A stretch of 64,000 nucleotides of DNA from a virus. A program made the position numbers and the translations under genes. How positions within the stretch are numbered: position 1 is the stretch's first letter; the number at the start of each line of letters is the position of its first letter. Below the pieces are notes generated by a model that saw nothing but the letters and a program-made list of their open reading frames with translations, ran no database searches and had not been told where the DNA came from. The DNA lies in IMG/VR virus record IMGVR_UViG_3300032092_000023, positions 7,509 to 71,508 of that record; one strand, 5' to 3'. Below, piece after piece: positions 38,147-46,878 of the stretch.

Positions 38147-39195
38147 CTTCCTTGAAATTTATTTATATTTTGGTTAATAACAACCCCTGATTTGATGTCT
38201 ATTGAGCCGGCTATTACAGGCTCGGTTTCCCATTTAGTAGAATCCATAATCGTACTTAAATACGGCAGTAACGCATTTGAGATTTCTCGTGATGCTGCGT
38301 TCCACAGATATGTTGGTGTGTGATCTACTGAATAGTAAGAAATACCACGACCCATATCAATAAGAGGTTTTTCAAATGTGGTTGGCTCTGCAAAATAGAA
38401 ACCCATACCTTTATCACAGCTAATGTCAATAATTGCTGTGTTGTTCTTTAATGCATTCAGTTCCACTTCATTTTTGATGTGCATTAACGGTGCATTTACA
38501 TCTTGAAGTACTCCGTTAAAAATAATGTCAGCGCCCATTAAGTCTTCCATTAAATCGTCAGTGTTAAAGGACTTGTACCACACGTCCGGATTTTTATCGC
38601 CTACCATGTGTGAAGGCCTTTGAGTATAAACTGTGATATTGTTAAATCCTCGGCCTTGCAGAGCATAGATTGCTCCGCGACTAACTGAGCCATAACCTAG
38701 AATTACCACCTTTTTGCGTGGACCATAGTGTCCGTCCATTCCTTTTAACTCCAGAAAATGTAAAACTCCTGCATAACCAGCCAACTCGTTGTTGCGATAG
38801 AATGTATGAAGCTTTCCGTGTTTATTGACAATGTTCATTTCTTCCCACGCTAGTAGAGTCAGTTTCTTTTGTATTGCCAATTCCGCAATGTCTCTTTGTT
38901 GAACCGCGTGTGTCCAACCGCAAAGAGTTGTTTCGTCTCTCATCTGTTCCAAATCAGCAGCTACTGGTTTTGGTAATATGATTAGGTCGCATTTTTTAAA
39001 TAAGTCTTCTCGCTCTGCAAGGGAACATCCCCATTTTTCTAGCAGCTCGTCTGTGTAACCATAGTCTTCTCCATAGCCTTTTTCAAAAATAAGTTCGGAG
39101 AGTAGATTGCGGTCAAGTGTACGAATTGCATCTGGATATATTGGAACCCGCTTTTCGTTTTCTTTGTATGATGTTTTGAATATTCCTGTTTTCAT
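38143..39195 (-). CDS. N5-(carboxyethyl)ornithine synthase-like (AlaDH/PNT family NAD(P) oxidoreductase)
   Basis: S.KENEKRVP..P, FEKGYG, GWTHAVQ, F.RNNELAG..GV, GYGSVSRGA, IDISCD, YSVDHTP...W..AS. Confidence 0.85.
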   Translation of the reverse strand: MKTGIFKTSYKENEKRVPIYPDAIRTLDRNLLSELIFEKGYGEDYGYTDELLEKWGCSLAEREDLFKKCDLIILPKPVAADLEQMRDETTLCGWTHAVQQRDIAELAIQKKLTLLAWEEMNIVNKHGKLHTFYRNNELAGYAGVLHFLELKGMDGHYGPRKKVVILGYGSVSRGAIYALQGRGFNNITVYTQRPSHMVGDKNPDVWYKSFNTDDLMEDLMGADIIFNGVLQDVNAPLMHIKNEVELNALKNNTAIIDISCDKGMGFYFAEPTTFEKPLIDMGRGISYYSVDHTPTYLWNAASREISNALLPYLSTIMDSTKWETEPVIAGSIDIKSGVVINQNINKFQGR

Positions 39196-40283
39196 TTAGC
39201 GTCAAGATTAAAAAAGTAGCGGTATCCGTCTTTAGCTTTTGGGTCTGTAAGTATTTCGTAGTCCATTGGCCATTGCGATGACTCTATTTCTTTTTTGTAT
39301 TTTGGATAGTAGTTTTGGTGGCCAGGCACCGTGTAATTTTTGTATATGCTTTCTAAGAATTTATCTGGCAGCGGTTTACCGTAAAAGTCTTCATAGATAG
39401 CTTTATAAACTTCAGTCATTTTAACGCTACCTAGCCCGGTTGCAGATGAGGTTTCCATCACCCAGAGTTTCCCTTTTTTGTCTACCACCACATCAAGACC
39501 CCAAAGATCCAGGTCAAGAAATGTTTTAACATCTTTACAGATTGAGGTTACTTGTTTAATAAATTCAGGGTCAACTTTATTTTGATCTTGGTAGACGTAG
39601 GTAAAACTAATTTTTTCTTTTGCCTTTTTTGTACGAATTGAGCGGTTGTCATCAATTGTTGGTACTCTTTCGTTAATTACAATAATCTTGTCTCGGCAAA
39701 ACATAACACGGTATTCTCTGTCAAAATCTATAAATTGGCAAAAGAGATCAAACTTTTCTTTGCTCTTTTCTAATTCTTTAGCGTCATCAAACTTTTGAAT
39801 ACCTAAACCGCTGTGTCCGTCTTTAATTTTTGCAATTACAGGAAAACCTACTGCGCCATCAACAGCCTCCTTTTTTGAAAACACGGTTTTTGGAAGCCAG
39901 CTAAATTTATTTGCTTTCTCGGCAAAGGTTACTTTGTTTCCTGAAAGAGGAAGAAGTTCTTGTTGGTTATATATGTTCTTTTTATTAACCTTTTTGTTTT
40001 TGATAAACAGCGTAGATTCTTCATTGCTTGGACCACCTCCATACCAAAGAATTGGAATGTCATTAGGAACTACCACATCATCTTTATCGTATTCGTCTTT
40101 TGTTGAAAAGTTTAAGAATAGATTACCTTTTGCTGCAACGTTGTACTTTTTTTCCCGAGAGTTTGTATCACCCGATGTTGCGTGGATATTATGTGACATC
40201 ATTACCCAAGCCACGCGTTTTGCGTTTGTATCTTTTAGATTTTCTTCGTAGATAAATTCCTCAAACAGTTTAACGTGGTTCAT
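39192..40283 (-). CDS. RimK-like ATP-grasp ligase with capsid-targeting-like leader
   Basis: K..F......PKT, FPVIAK..DGHSGLGI, QFID..REYRV, GLDVV.D..G..WVME; N-terminus MNHVKLFEEFIYE. Confidence 0.82.
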   Translation of the reverse strand: MNHVKLFEEFIYEENLKDTNAKRVAWVMMSHNIHATSGDTNSREKKYNVAAKGNLFLNFSTKDEYDKDDVVVPNDIPILWYGGGPSNEESTLFIKNKKVNKKNIYNQQELLPLSGNKVTFAEKANKFSWLPKTVFSKKEAVDGAVGFPVIAKIKDGHSGLGIQKFDDAKELEKSKEKFDLFCQFIDFDREYRVMFCRDKIIVINERVPTIDDNRSIRTKKAKEKISFTYVYQDQNKVDPEFIKQVTSICKDVKTFLDLDLWGLDVVVDKKGKLWVMETSSATGLGSVKMTEVYKAIYEDFYGKPLPDKFLESIYKNYTVPGHQNYYPKYKKEIESSQWPMDYEILTDPKAKDGYRYFFNLDAK

Positions 40284-40284
40284 C

Positions 40285-40908
40285 TTAGTTTGTAATGGAT
40301 TTTTTATGATCTATATATTTGAAGATTTTAGCCAATTCTTCTTTTATGCCATCAGAAGATTTTTCTAGATGCGGGCTGAACAGACTTACACAACCACTTC
40401 CAAAAAGATTAAACGTAATAGATGGAGTGCCTTTCATATCATAATAGCCGCCTTCTGCTATAAAATTGCTATTGTATCTAGCAATTATTTCCACATTAGG
40501 ATTACCATCCAGAGTAAAAACCGGACCGTTATGATAGTTTACCGTATGATCTATTCCATGCATTTGTATACTAGCCTCATGCAGACCACGCTCCCAAGCT
40601 TTATCTGGTATAGTAAGCGGTGTAATCATTAAGTGGTTTGCTGCTAAATATGCACCCGCGCAAACACCAATGTAGGATCCGCCATTGCGCACCCATTCAA
40701 TAATATTTGCAGACATATTACCTAATCTTTCATAAAACGCTGATCCCGAACCGCCGGGGAAAAGTACATGGTCGGGATTACTGTCCAAGATTTGCTCGGC
40801 ATTGCATAATCGCAATTCCCATTCGGGCAGGTATTTGGAAAAAAAGCTAATCCAAATTTGCGTGGTAGGAGAACTTTCGTCAGTATGAACGTATAGGTTT
40901 ACCGTCAT
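40285..40908 (-). CDS. BPL_N / class I glutamine-amidotransferase-like protein
   Basis: FPGG.G, WV.NGG.YIGVCAGAYLA, Y.NGP.F, G.G.V.LFSPHLE (Cys...His-x-Glu). Confidence 0.82.
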   Translation of the reverse strand: MTVNLYVHTDESSPTTQIWISFFSKYLPEWELRLCNAEQILDSNPDHVLFPGGSGSAFYERLGNMSANIIEWVRNGGSYIGVCAGAYLAANHLMITPLTIPDKAWERGLHEASIQMHGIDHTVNYHNGPVFTLDGNPNVEIIARYNSNFIAEGGYYDMKGTPSITFNLFGSGCVSLFSPHLEKSSDGIKEELAKIFKYIDHKKSITN

Positions 40909-40949
40909 CTTAGTAACTTACATTATTCATTAAAAGGCTTAATCCAATC

Positions 40950-41309
40950 TTACTTAAGAGTCAATAGATACTTTAACTTCATTAAGTCTGCGCGGATTTC
41001 ATCGCGGATGTTTGCCAATTCGCTGTCTTGTTCAGCCATGAAAGCACCTGCCATAAAATCATCCATGCTTTCAATGAAAGAATCAATCTTTAAGTTTTCA
41101 TAGTCAGCAAAACTAATTTCTTTAACTCCGCCAAATTTCGGGCGCTTATACTTTCCGCTGTAGACTTCAATGATTCGATCAAAACGATCAGAGAGACTTT
41201 CATAAATGTCGCCAAACGCATTATGTTCTGCAAATGATTCAGTTTGCCAGTGAAGAACCTTCATCTGCATTTGAACTTGAACGATGTTTGCCAATAGTTC
41301 TTTTTCCAT
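40950..41309 (-). CDS. Ferritin/Dps-like four-helix protein (DUF5856-like)
   Basis: K.LHWQT.SFAEH.A....YE.L....D..IE.Y.GKY.R, L.NIRDE......L.YLLTL. Confidence 0.75.
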   Translation of the reverse strand: MEKELLANIVQVQMQMKVLHWQTESFAEHNAFGDIYESLSDRFDRIIEVYSGKYKRPKFGGVKEISFADYENLKIDSFIESMDDFMAGAFMAEQDSELANIRDEIRADLMKLKYLLTLK

Positions 41310-41448
41310 GATATTGATTATTTGTGTTTTTGTATGGGCAGTGTCGGCAACCGTTATTACAACAGTAGCCTCTTTTTAAATGATATTTTTCCGTAAATAC
41401 ACGGTAGCCATTTTCTTCATAGTAATCTTCTCCTTCAAGTAAAGGCAT
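41239..41448 (-). CDS. DUF5522-like Cys-rich small protein
   Basis: EGEDYY.ENG..VFTE.YHLKRGYCC..GCRHCPY, a family I associate with Bacteroidota. Confidence 0.8.
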   Translation of the reverse strand: MPLLEGEDYYEENGYRVFTEKYHLKRGYCCNNGCRHCPYKNTNNQYHGKRTIGKHRSSSNADEGSSLAN

Positions 41449-41449
41449 G

Positions 41450-41848
41450 TTAACTTCTCTGTTTAACCCAATCTAAGAAAAGGCCTATCTTACGAATTGT
41501 GTACATAGAAAGATTTTTTCTAGCTGCGGCATAATCCTGAGAAAACTCCACACCGTCAATCTGTGCTGTTCTCCACTCATTAGATGTATCTTGAGCAAAA
41601 AGCGGGCTATCGCGGAGATCACGAAGAAGAAGTTTCATTGCCTCATCATCGTTATTTTTTACTGCGTGATCAAGTTTTTCTTTCTTTTCCTCATACATTT
41701 CTGCCCTTGCACTTTCCCCTCGCCAGTCCTCTTTTTGCGGATCAGCATACACTTTAATGTTTCCTGCTTCCATCTCAATAAAGATAGGACTTGACAGATC
41801 ACGCTCTAAGAGCCAATCTTCAAAAAGTTTTGTGTGTTGGTATCGCAT
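41450..41848 (-). CDS. Leader-bearing hypothetical protein
   Basis: MRYQHTKLFEDWLLE; GATATATA 6 nt upstream. Confidence 0.7.
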   Translation of the reverse strand: MRYQHTKLFEDWLLERDLSSPIFIEMEAGNIKVYADPQKEDWRGESARAEMYEEKKEKLDHAVKNNDDEAMKLLLRDLRDSPLFAQDTSNEWRTAQIDGVEFSQDYAAARKNLSMYTIRKIGLFLDWVKQRS

Positions 41849-41860
41849 TACATTTATATA

Positions 41861-43225
41861 TCAATCATGCAGTATAGGTTGTAAAGGATTAGGAAATGGT
41901 ATTACCACAATAGGTAGTTGAATTGAAGTTAGGCAACCGTTAAAGGAAACCAGGTTTAGCTGATATGTTGTACTTACTACCGGCGTAACAGTGATACTTG
42001 TTGTTGTTTGATTTCCAGGTAACCACACATATGACTGATATCCCGAAGGAACGGTAAGAACTACCGATTCACCAATGCAGATCGTATCAGGAAATGCTTG
42101 CAATAGCGAAGGTGCACAGTTAGCGTCAATGTATGCGTATCCGTAATGCGCTCCTTGGCTGCAGTCACCAGTGGTAAATTCCGCAGTGACTTTCTGACCT
42201 ATGTAATTAGTGAGGTCAACGTTTACAGAGCTCCAGGGTTTGTATCTAACGCCGGTGCAAGTTGGCGAATTAAAGAAACCTGGTAGGTTTCCTGCCGCAG
42301 ATACCGCAAAGTCAGAGCAAGAAATGATTGCGCCATTTTGGTCTCTTAACACGGCACGAAAAAAAGGCTGTTCATTAGAATTATGGCCAGGATCTTCAAA
42401 GACAACCGCGTATCGATATGTAAAGCTGCTGTTGGAAGGAGAAACCATAAAGGTTTGTGTCAGCTGTTCTGCTTGCGAATTGACATCATTGTTACCTAGA
42501 CGAACAGAGAAAGGTGATCCTGACGGATCGACACGAGGAAATCCTCCGCAAGGATCGTTTCCACCTCCCATGATTGTGTGTCTTCCGTTAACAATTCCCA
42601 GTGTGGTTGAATTGTAATTGGGTGTCTGTGATCCAGCGGGTGATATTGTGGAAAGGCCCGTCGTGCCAAACCATCCTACGAAAGAGTTTGCATTAAAGTT
42701 AATGTTGGTACAGGAAGGCTGTGCTACAACCGGCGTAAATTGCATGCTGAGGTCAAACTGATAGCAGTTGGGAAAGAAGTTTGACCAAGTAAACGCATCA
42801 ACTAAAACATAATAGGTCTGTCCAGCTTCTACGTGTCTGACAAGCGATCCGCCTCCTTGCGTAGGATCGCATTGAATAAAACCTACGCAGGCGCCGGCAG
42901 TACCGGGGCATGCCGATAAAAGAGAAATTGTAGGATAAGCAAAGCCGGCGGATACTATATCGTTAAGAACAACGTTAACATATCCGTCTTGACTCGGAGT
43001 AAAGCTGTATAACCAATCTTGTCCTCCATAATAGTTTCCAGTACTTGTAGCTATGCAAGGATTAGCTCCCGTATAATCATTTCCATCTCCACAAGTGGAT
43101 TGGTTGTTACCAAAGAATGGAAGTGTTATAGGATTAGCAGCAGCTCCTGCACAGGTATTAGATCCTTGTGCGCTAAGTTTAGAACAGAAAATCAGGAATA
43201 ATGATATGTACTTAAGTATTTTCAT
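41861..43225 (-). CDS. Secreted Cys-rich protein resembling Bacteroidota T9SS surface/adhesin cargo, no sorting domain evident
   Basis: Signal peptide MKILKYISLFLIFCSKLSA-Q; PPC-like domain; SVRLGN...AE, YAVVFEDPGH, DC....H.GYAYID; TICIGESVVL...SYVW.PG.TT.SITVTP..TTY module. Confidence 0.75.
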   Translation of the reverse strand: MKILKYISLFLIFCSKLSAQGSNTCAGAAANPITLPFFGNNQSTCGDGNDYTGANPCIATSTGNYYGGQDWLYSFTPSQDGYVNVVLNDIVSAGFAYPTISLLSACPGTAGACVGFIQCDPTQGGGSLVRHVEAGQTYYVLVDAFTWSNFFPNCYQFDLSMQFTPVVAQPSCTNINFNANSFVGWFGTTGLSTISPAGSQTPNYNSTTLGIVNGRHTIMGGGNDPCGGFPRVDPSGSPFSVRLGNNDVNSQAEQLTQTFMVSPSNSSFTYRYAVVFEDPGHNSNEQPFFRAVLRDQNGAIISCSDFAVSAAGNLPGFFNSPTCTGVRYKPWSSVNVDLTNYIGQKVTAEFTTGDCSQGAHYGYAYIDANCAPSLLQAFPDTICIGESVVLTVPSGYQSYVWLPGNQTTTSITVTPVVSTTYQLNLVSFNGCLTSIQLPIVVIPFPNPLQPILHD

Positions 43226-43241
43226 TTACTGAGTATATATC

Positions 43242-43266
43242 AAAAAGAGGAGGCAAGCGCCTCCTC
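43242..43266 (-). terminator. Rho-independent terminator abutting a late promoter
   Basis: gaggaggc-gctt-gcctcctc-ttttt followed directly by GATATATA (43234-43241). Confidence 0.85.
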
Positions 43267-43299
43267 ACAATTAGATTGATTAGTGTTAGTTAGGTAGAT

Positions 43300-43893
43300 T
43301 TAATTCAATTTAACATTTAAGAATTTCTTTGCAGCTGCAATTAAGTCATCAGCGGTTTGAATATATTTTGGAGGTTGATTACGTTTTCTTTGAGTATCGG
43401 TAGTAATTTGCTCGTTGTCTTTATACAATTCAACATATACACCGTTTAGAGGGCTATCTACAATTCTTATCATTACATTTTTCTTTGCAGAGTTTTCATA
43501 ATCAAAGTAACGAATAGTTCCGCTTGGATAACCAGGTGAGTTTCTAGTGCCGACTTCTTTCCAATCGTTTTTGGCTAAAATGTCATCAAAAAGACTAACA
43601 TCATTTGCCTCGTTTATAGATTCACTCATCCATTCATAACCGTACGCTTTGTATTTACTATGTACTTCTTTAGGAGTTTTATCTTTATGCCAGGCTGAAC
43701 CAATTGCTTTGGCTACGCCCATTTTAACTGCCTCGCGTTCAATAGCATCCAATTTTTTAATTTCAGCCATGTTATAGTTAGAATCCTTTACTTTTTGACT
43801 TTGTGCATGTAACTCATCAAGAAGTTTTTCCACTTTCTTGGGGTCTAGGCCTTCGTTTAAGAAGCTTTCAAACGTGTGTACGTATTGTTTCAT
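43300..43893 (-). CDS. Leader-bearing hypothetical protein
   Basis: MKQYVHTFESFLNE; internal MSESINE. Confidence 0.75.
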   Translation of the reverse strand: MKQYVHTFESFLNEGLDPKKVEKLLDELHAQSQKVKDSNYNMAEIKKLDAIEREAVKMGVAKAIGSAWHKDKTPKEVHSKYKAYGYEWMSESINEANDVSLFDDILAKNDWKEVGTRNSPGYPSGTIRYFDYENSAKKNVMIRIVDSPLNGVYVELYKDNEQITTDTQRKRNQPPKYIQTADDLIAAAKKFLNVKLN

Positions 43894-43897
43894 GGTT

Positions 43898-44353
43898 TTA
43901 CTTTGGGTCTAATCCATATTTTTCAGGGTCTTTAGTAACAGCTGCTTTAATATGAATAATCATTTGATCATACTGGTCAGATGAGCAAAGCGATTCGCCA
44001 TTTAATGACACGATATCATAGTTACCTTTGCTTTTAGCACCAATTTTTAAATCAGCTTGTTTAACATCATAGCCAAGTTCTTTAAGAGCGGCAACTACGG
44101 TACTTTTGTAAAAAGAGATGTTTCCTTCATCTAAAAAACTTTCAGCCATATTGGAAATAGCTACATCAGGAAGATCTTCCCAATTAGCAGTAACATATTG
44201 TTCGTAATCATCAGGATCTTTAATCGCTCCGCTTAACCATTCTTCTCGCTGATCTTCACTAGCTTTATCCCACTTTTGTTTTGTTATAAGTTTTCTTCCT
44301 TCGTTTATGCTTTCATTCAGAAAACTTTCAAACGTGTGTACGTATTGTTTCAT
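43898..44353 (-). CDS. Leader-bearing hypothetical protein
   Basis: MKQYVHTFESFLNESINE; internal MAESFLDE. Confidence 0.75.
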   Translation of the reverse strand: MKQYVHTFESFLNESINEGRKLITKQKWDKASEDQREEWLSGAIKDPDDYEQYVTANWEDLPDVAISNMAESFLDEGNISFYKSTVVAALKELGYDVKQADLKIGAKSKGNYDIVSLNGESLCSSDQYDQMIIHIKAAVTKDPEKYGLDPK

Positions 44354-44368
44354 TGTTTTGCTATGTTT

Positions 44369-44959
44369 TTATTGTTTTGCAGAAAATACAATACCAGAAC
44401 TGCCATTGTCCGAATCAACCTCAGTAAATTTTAATCCGGCTTTGTTAGCTGCATCACGCACATCTTCGGCAGACCCAACTGCGTCAAAGAAACAAACAAT
44501 TGCTTCTTTGGCGTCAATATTTAATGATTTAATAGCCGAACCCCATTCTTTAGGAAGGTTTTCTTCGCCCCCATTTGCATCAGTAAACCAATCCCATTCA
44601 TCTATAATATTGTCAAAACGTTTTGTTTTAGGTCCAAGCGCAGTGCTAGCCTCATTTAAAAAGCTTTCATTCATAGAAACTAAAGCTTTTAGTTTTCCTG
44701 TTGGATCAAAGTTTTTTAGATAGTTTTTTATTGTAGATGTAAAAACTTTAGCATCAGAATCTTTAACACTTAAGTCGCTAATCATATCTGCAATTACAAC
44801 CGTAAAGGCTGTTTTTTTACCAAAAGATGTAATTTTTGTATTAATGTAATCTTCTGGATTTGCTGGATTTGGAAAATAATTTCTAATTTTAGCCCATACA
44901 TCAGATTCGTTTAATTTTACCTCATTTAAGAAGCCTTCAAATGTTTTAAGGTGTTTCAT
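44369..44959 (-). CDS. Leader-bearing hypothetical protein
   Basis: MKHLKTFEGFLNE at 44959; internal MNESFLNE; GATATATA at 44981-44988. Confidence 0.75.
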   Translation of the reverse strand: MKHLKTFEGFLNEVKLNESDVWAKIRNYFPNPANPEDYINTKITSFGKKTAFTVVIADMISDLSVKDSDAKVFTSTIKNYLKNFDPTGKLKALVSMNESFLNEASTALGPKTKRFDNIIDEWDWFTDANGGEENLPKEWGSAIKSLNIDAKEAIVCFFDAVGSAEDVRDAANKAGLKFTEVDSDNGSSGIVFSAKQ

Positions 44960-44997
44960 TGTATGCGTTTTTTTGTAAAGTATATATCCACAAAGTT

Positions 44998-46797
44998 CTA
45001 CACTGTTCCTGCCAGCCAACGTTTTCTCTTGTCAGCAGAAGCGCCAAAAGCTATGTCAATATACTTGGCTGCTGAGCGATCAACTCGTATCTTAAACATT
45101 TTTCTTTCACCCATTACTTTTTCCCAATCTTCAATACTTAGAGATCCTAGACCTTTAAGGTAGCGAACATTTTTATAAGCAGCGCCACTTTTCTCAAACT
45201 CTGCCCATTCATGCATTGAATAAAAGTACTGACGTTTGTTTTTAACCTCAGCAGAGACAAGCGGCGTAATTAGAATACTTAATTTTCCGCTTTCAATTAC
45301 CTGCGGAAACCACTTATAGAAAAGATTAATGACTAGAGAAGCAATGTGACCAATTCCATCCGGGTCCCAATCGGTAGATATAGCAATATTAGAAAAAGAA
45401 CATTTACTGCCATCACGAGGTTCCAGGTTAAGAATGTTCATTAAGTCAATAATCTCGTTGTTGGAACTTAAGTCCGATAGGCTACGAGCATTCTTAATCT
45501 TTCCTTTTAATGAATAGACTGCATCAATCCGTGGATCTCTCTTCTGTAGAATTGAACCCATTGCTGATGATCCTTCCACAATAAAGAGGGTTCCTTTACT
45601 TTGCGATGGTGGAAAGTACTTATCGCTGATTTTCTTAGCGGATGCTTTCTTTTTATTCTTAATGTTATTTAGATGTTGCTGTGCTGTTCTCTCTTCAATG
45701 ATTTTCTTAACGTCTTCAAAGAATTGCGTTCTTGGGATTGAACGGTCAATCTTTTTCTTAAACTCTTTTTCCAAGAGTGGAAGAATTTCCCAACGACCTG
45801 CTGCATACTTGGTTTTATTTTGATCACCAAACTTAACTAGCTTAGATGGAAAATTAAGAATGATAAAGGATTGATAAAAGTGATGCGCGTATTGGTAATT
45901 AAAGAGTTCATTAATCCATTCGGTAAAGATTCTTTGATGTGGACCTGTACAGAGTGCACCATTAATGAAGGAAGCACTTGCCGCGTTTTCATATCCTTTC
46001 CACACAGCAATCATTCCTAATTTTGAAGGGATGACTACCGCATCTTCAGGAATAAAGGGAATCTCCAAGTTCATTAGCTGTCCGTCAAAGTAGAACTCAA
46101 TAATTAAGTTGCTAATAATAGGATCTTGCTTTTTAAGAAACTCACGAAAGATAAAAGTAGTATGCAAGTATTCTTTATCCCATGTACATCCTTTAAAGAT
46201 ATCCTTTCTTGGGATGTATGTAACCGCAGTTCCTGTTGGTAATTTTTTATTGCGGACTTTATTGTATTCGTCTTTCTTAACAAACCTCTCCCACTCAACT
46301 CCATACTCAATGTCTTTATTTACGGTAACGATTGAGAACTTATCTGATAGCATGTTAACTAATGCAGCACCTACACCGTTAGTGCCAATCAGGGTATCTT
46401 CCGATCCTTCGTTGTAAAAGTTGGAACCAGCGCGTAACATTGACATTGCGGTTTCCACATTTGATGCGCCTGTCTTGGGATTTGGTTTTTCGGCATTAGT
46501 AAATCCACCACCTGTATCAATAACAGTTACCTCATTGGTTTTACTGTTGATCTTTACAATAATCTTTGGCATAGCGCCTTTCATTCTCTTAGCTTCGTCA
46601 AACGCATTGTCAACAATTTCGTTAAGCATCTTATAGAAACCTACGGAGACGATCTTATTTTTTTCAATGAGTTTCCCAGGCTCAACAATTTGTACCTTTT
46701 CTTCCGATTTCTCGACAGAACCGATATACATAGTAGGCCGGTGGAGAACGTGTTCAAAATCGCTTAGGGCGACAATTTCCTTGTTACTTTGTGTCAT
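44998..46797 (-). CDS. gp39: Type II topoisomerase ATPase/TOPRIM subunit (gp39+gp60 / GyrB-like)
   Basis: EHVL.RP.MYIGS, EIVDNA.DE, AGSNF, GTNGVG, IVEG.SA, LKGKI.N, TDWDPDG.GHI, YLKGLGS. Confidence 0.95.
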   Translation of the reverse strand: MTQSNKEIVALSDFEHVLHRPTMYIGSVEKSEEKVQIVEPGKLIEKNKIVSVGFYKMLNEIVDNAFDEAKRMKGAMPKIIVKINSKTNEVTVIDTGGGFTNAEKPNPKTGASNVETAMSMLRAGSNFYNEGSEDTLIGTNGVGAALVNMLSDKFSIVTVNKDIEYGVEWERFVKKDEYNKVRNKKLPTGTAVTYIPRKDIFKGCTWDKEYLHTTFIFREFLKKQDPIISNLIIEFYFDGQLMNLEIPFIPEDAVVIPSKLGMIAVWKGYENAASASFINGALCTGPHQRIFTEWINELFNYQYAHHFYQSFIILNFPSKLVKFGDQNKTKYAAGRWEILPLLEKEFKKKIDRSIPRTQFFEDVKKIIEERTAQQHLNNIKNKKKASAKKISDKYFPPSQSKGTLFIVEGSSAMGSILQKRDPRIDAVYSLKGKIKNARSLSDLSSNNEIIDLMNILNLEPRDGSKCSFSNIAISTDWDPDGIGHIASLVINLFYKWFPQVIESGKLSILITPLVSAEVKNKRQYFYSMHEWAEFEKSGAAYKNVRYLKGLGSLSIEDWEKVMGERKMFKIRVDRSAAKYIDIAFGASADKRKRWLAGTV

Positions 46798-46878
46798 TAG
46801 AATACTTTAGAGGTTCTTTTTTAGTTATGTAATAATTATATTAAGATACAAATAAAAAGTTCTTTAGAATCATTCTAT

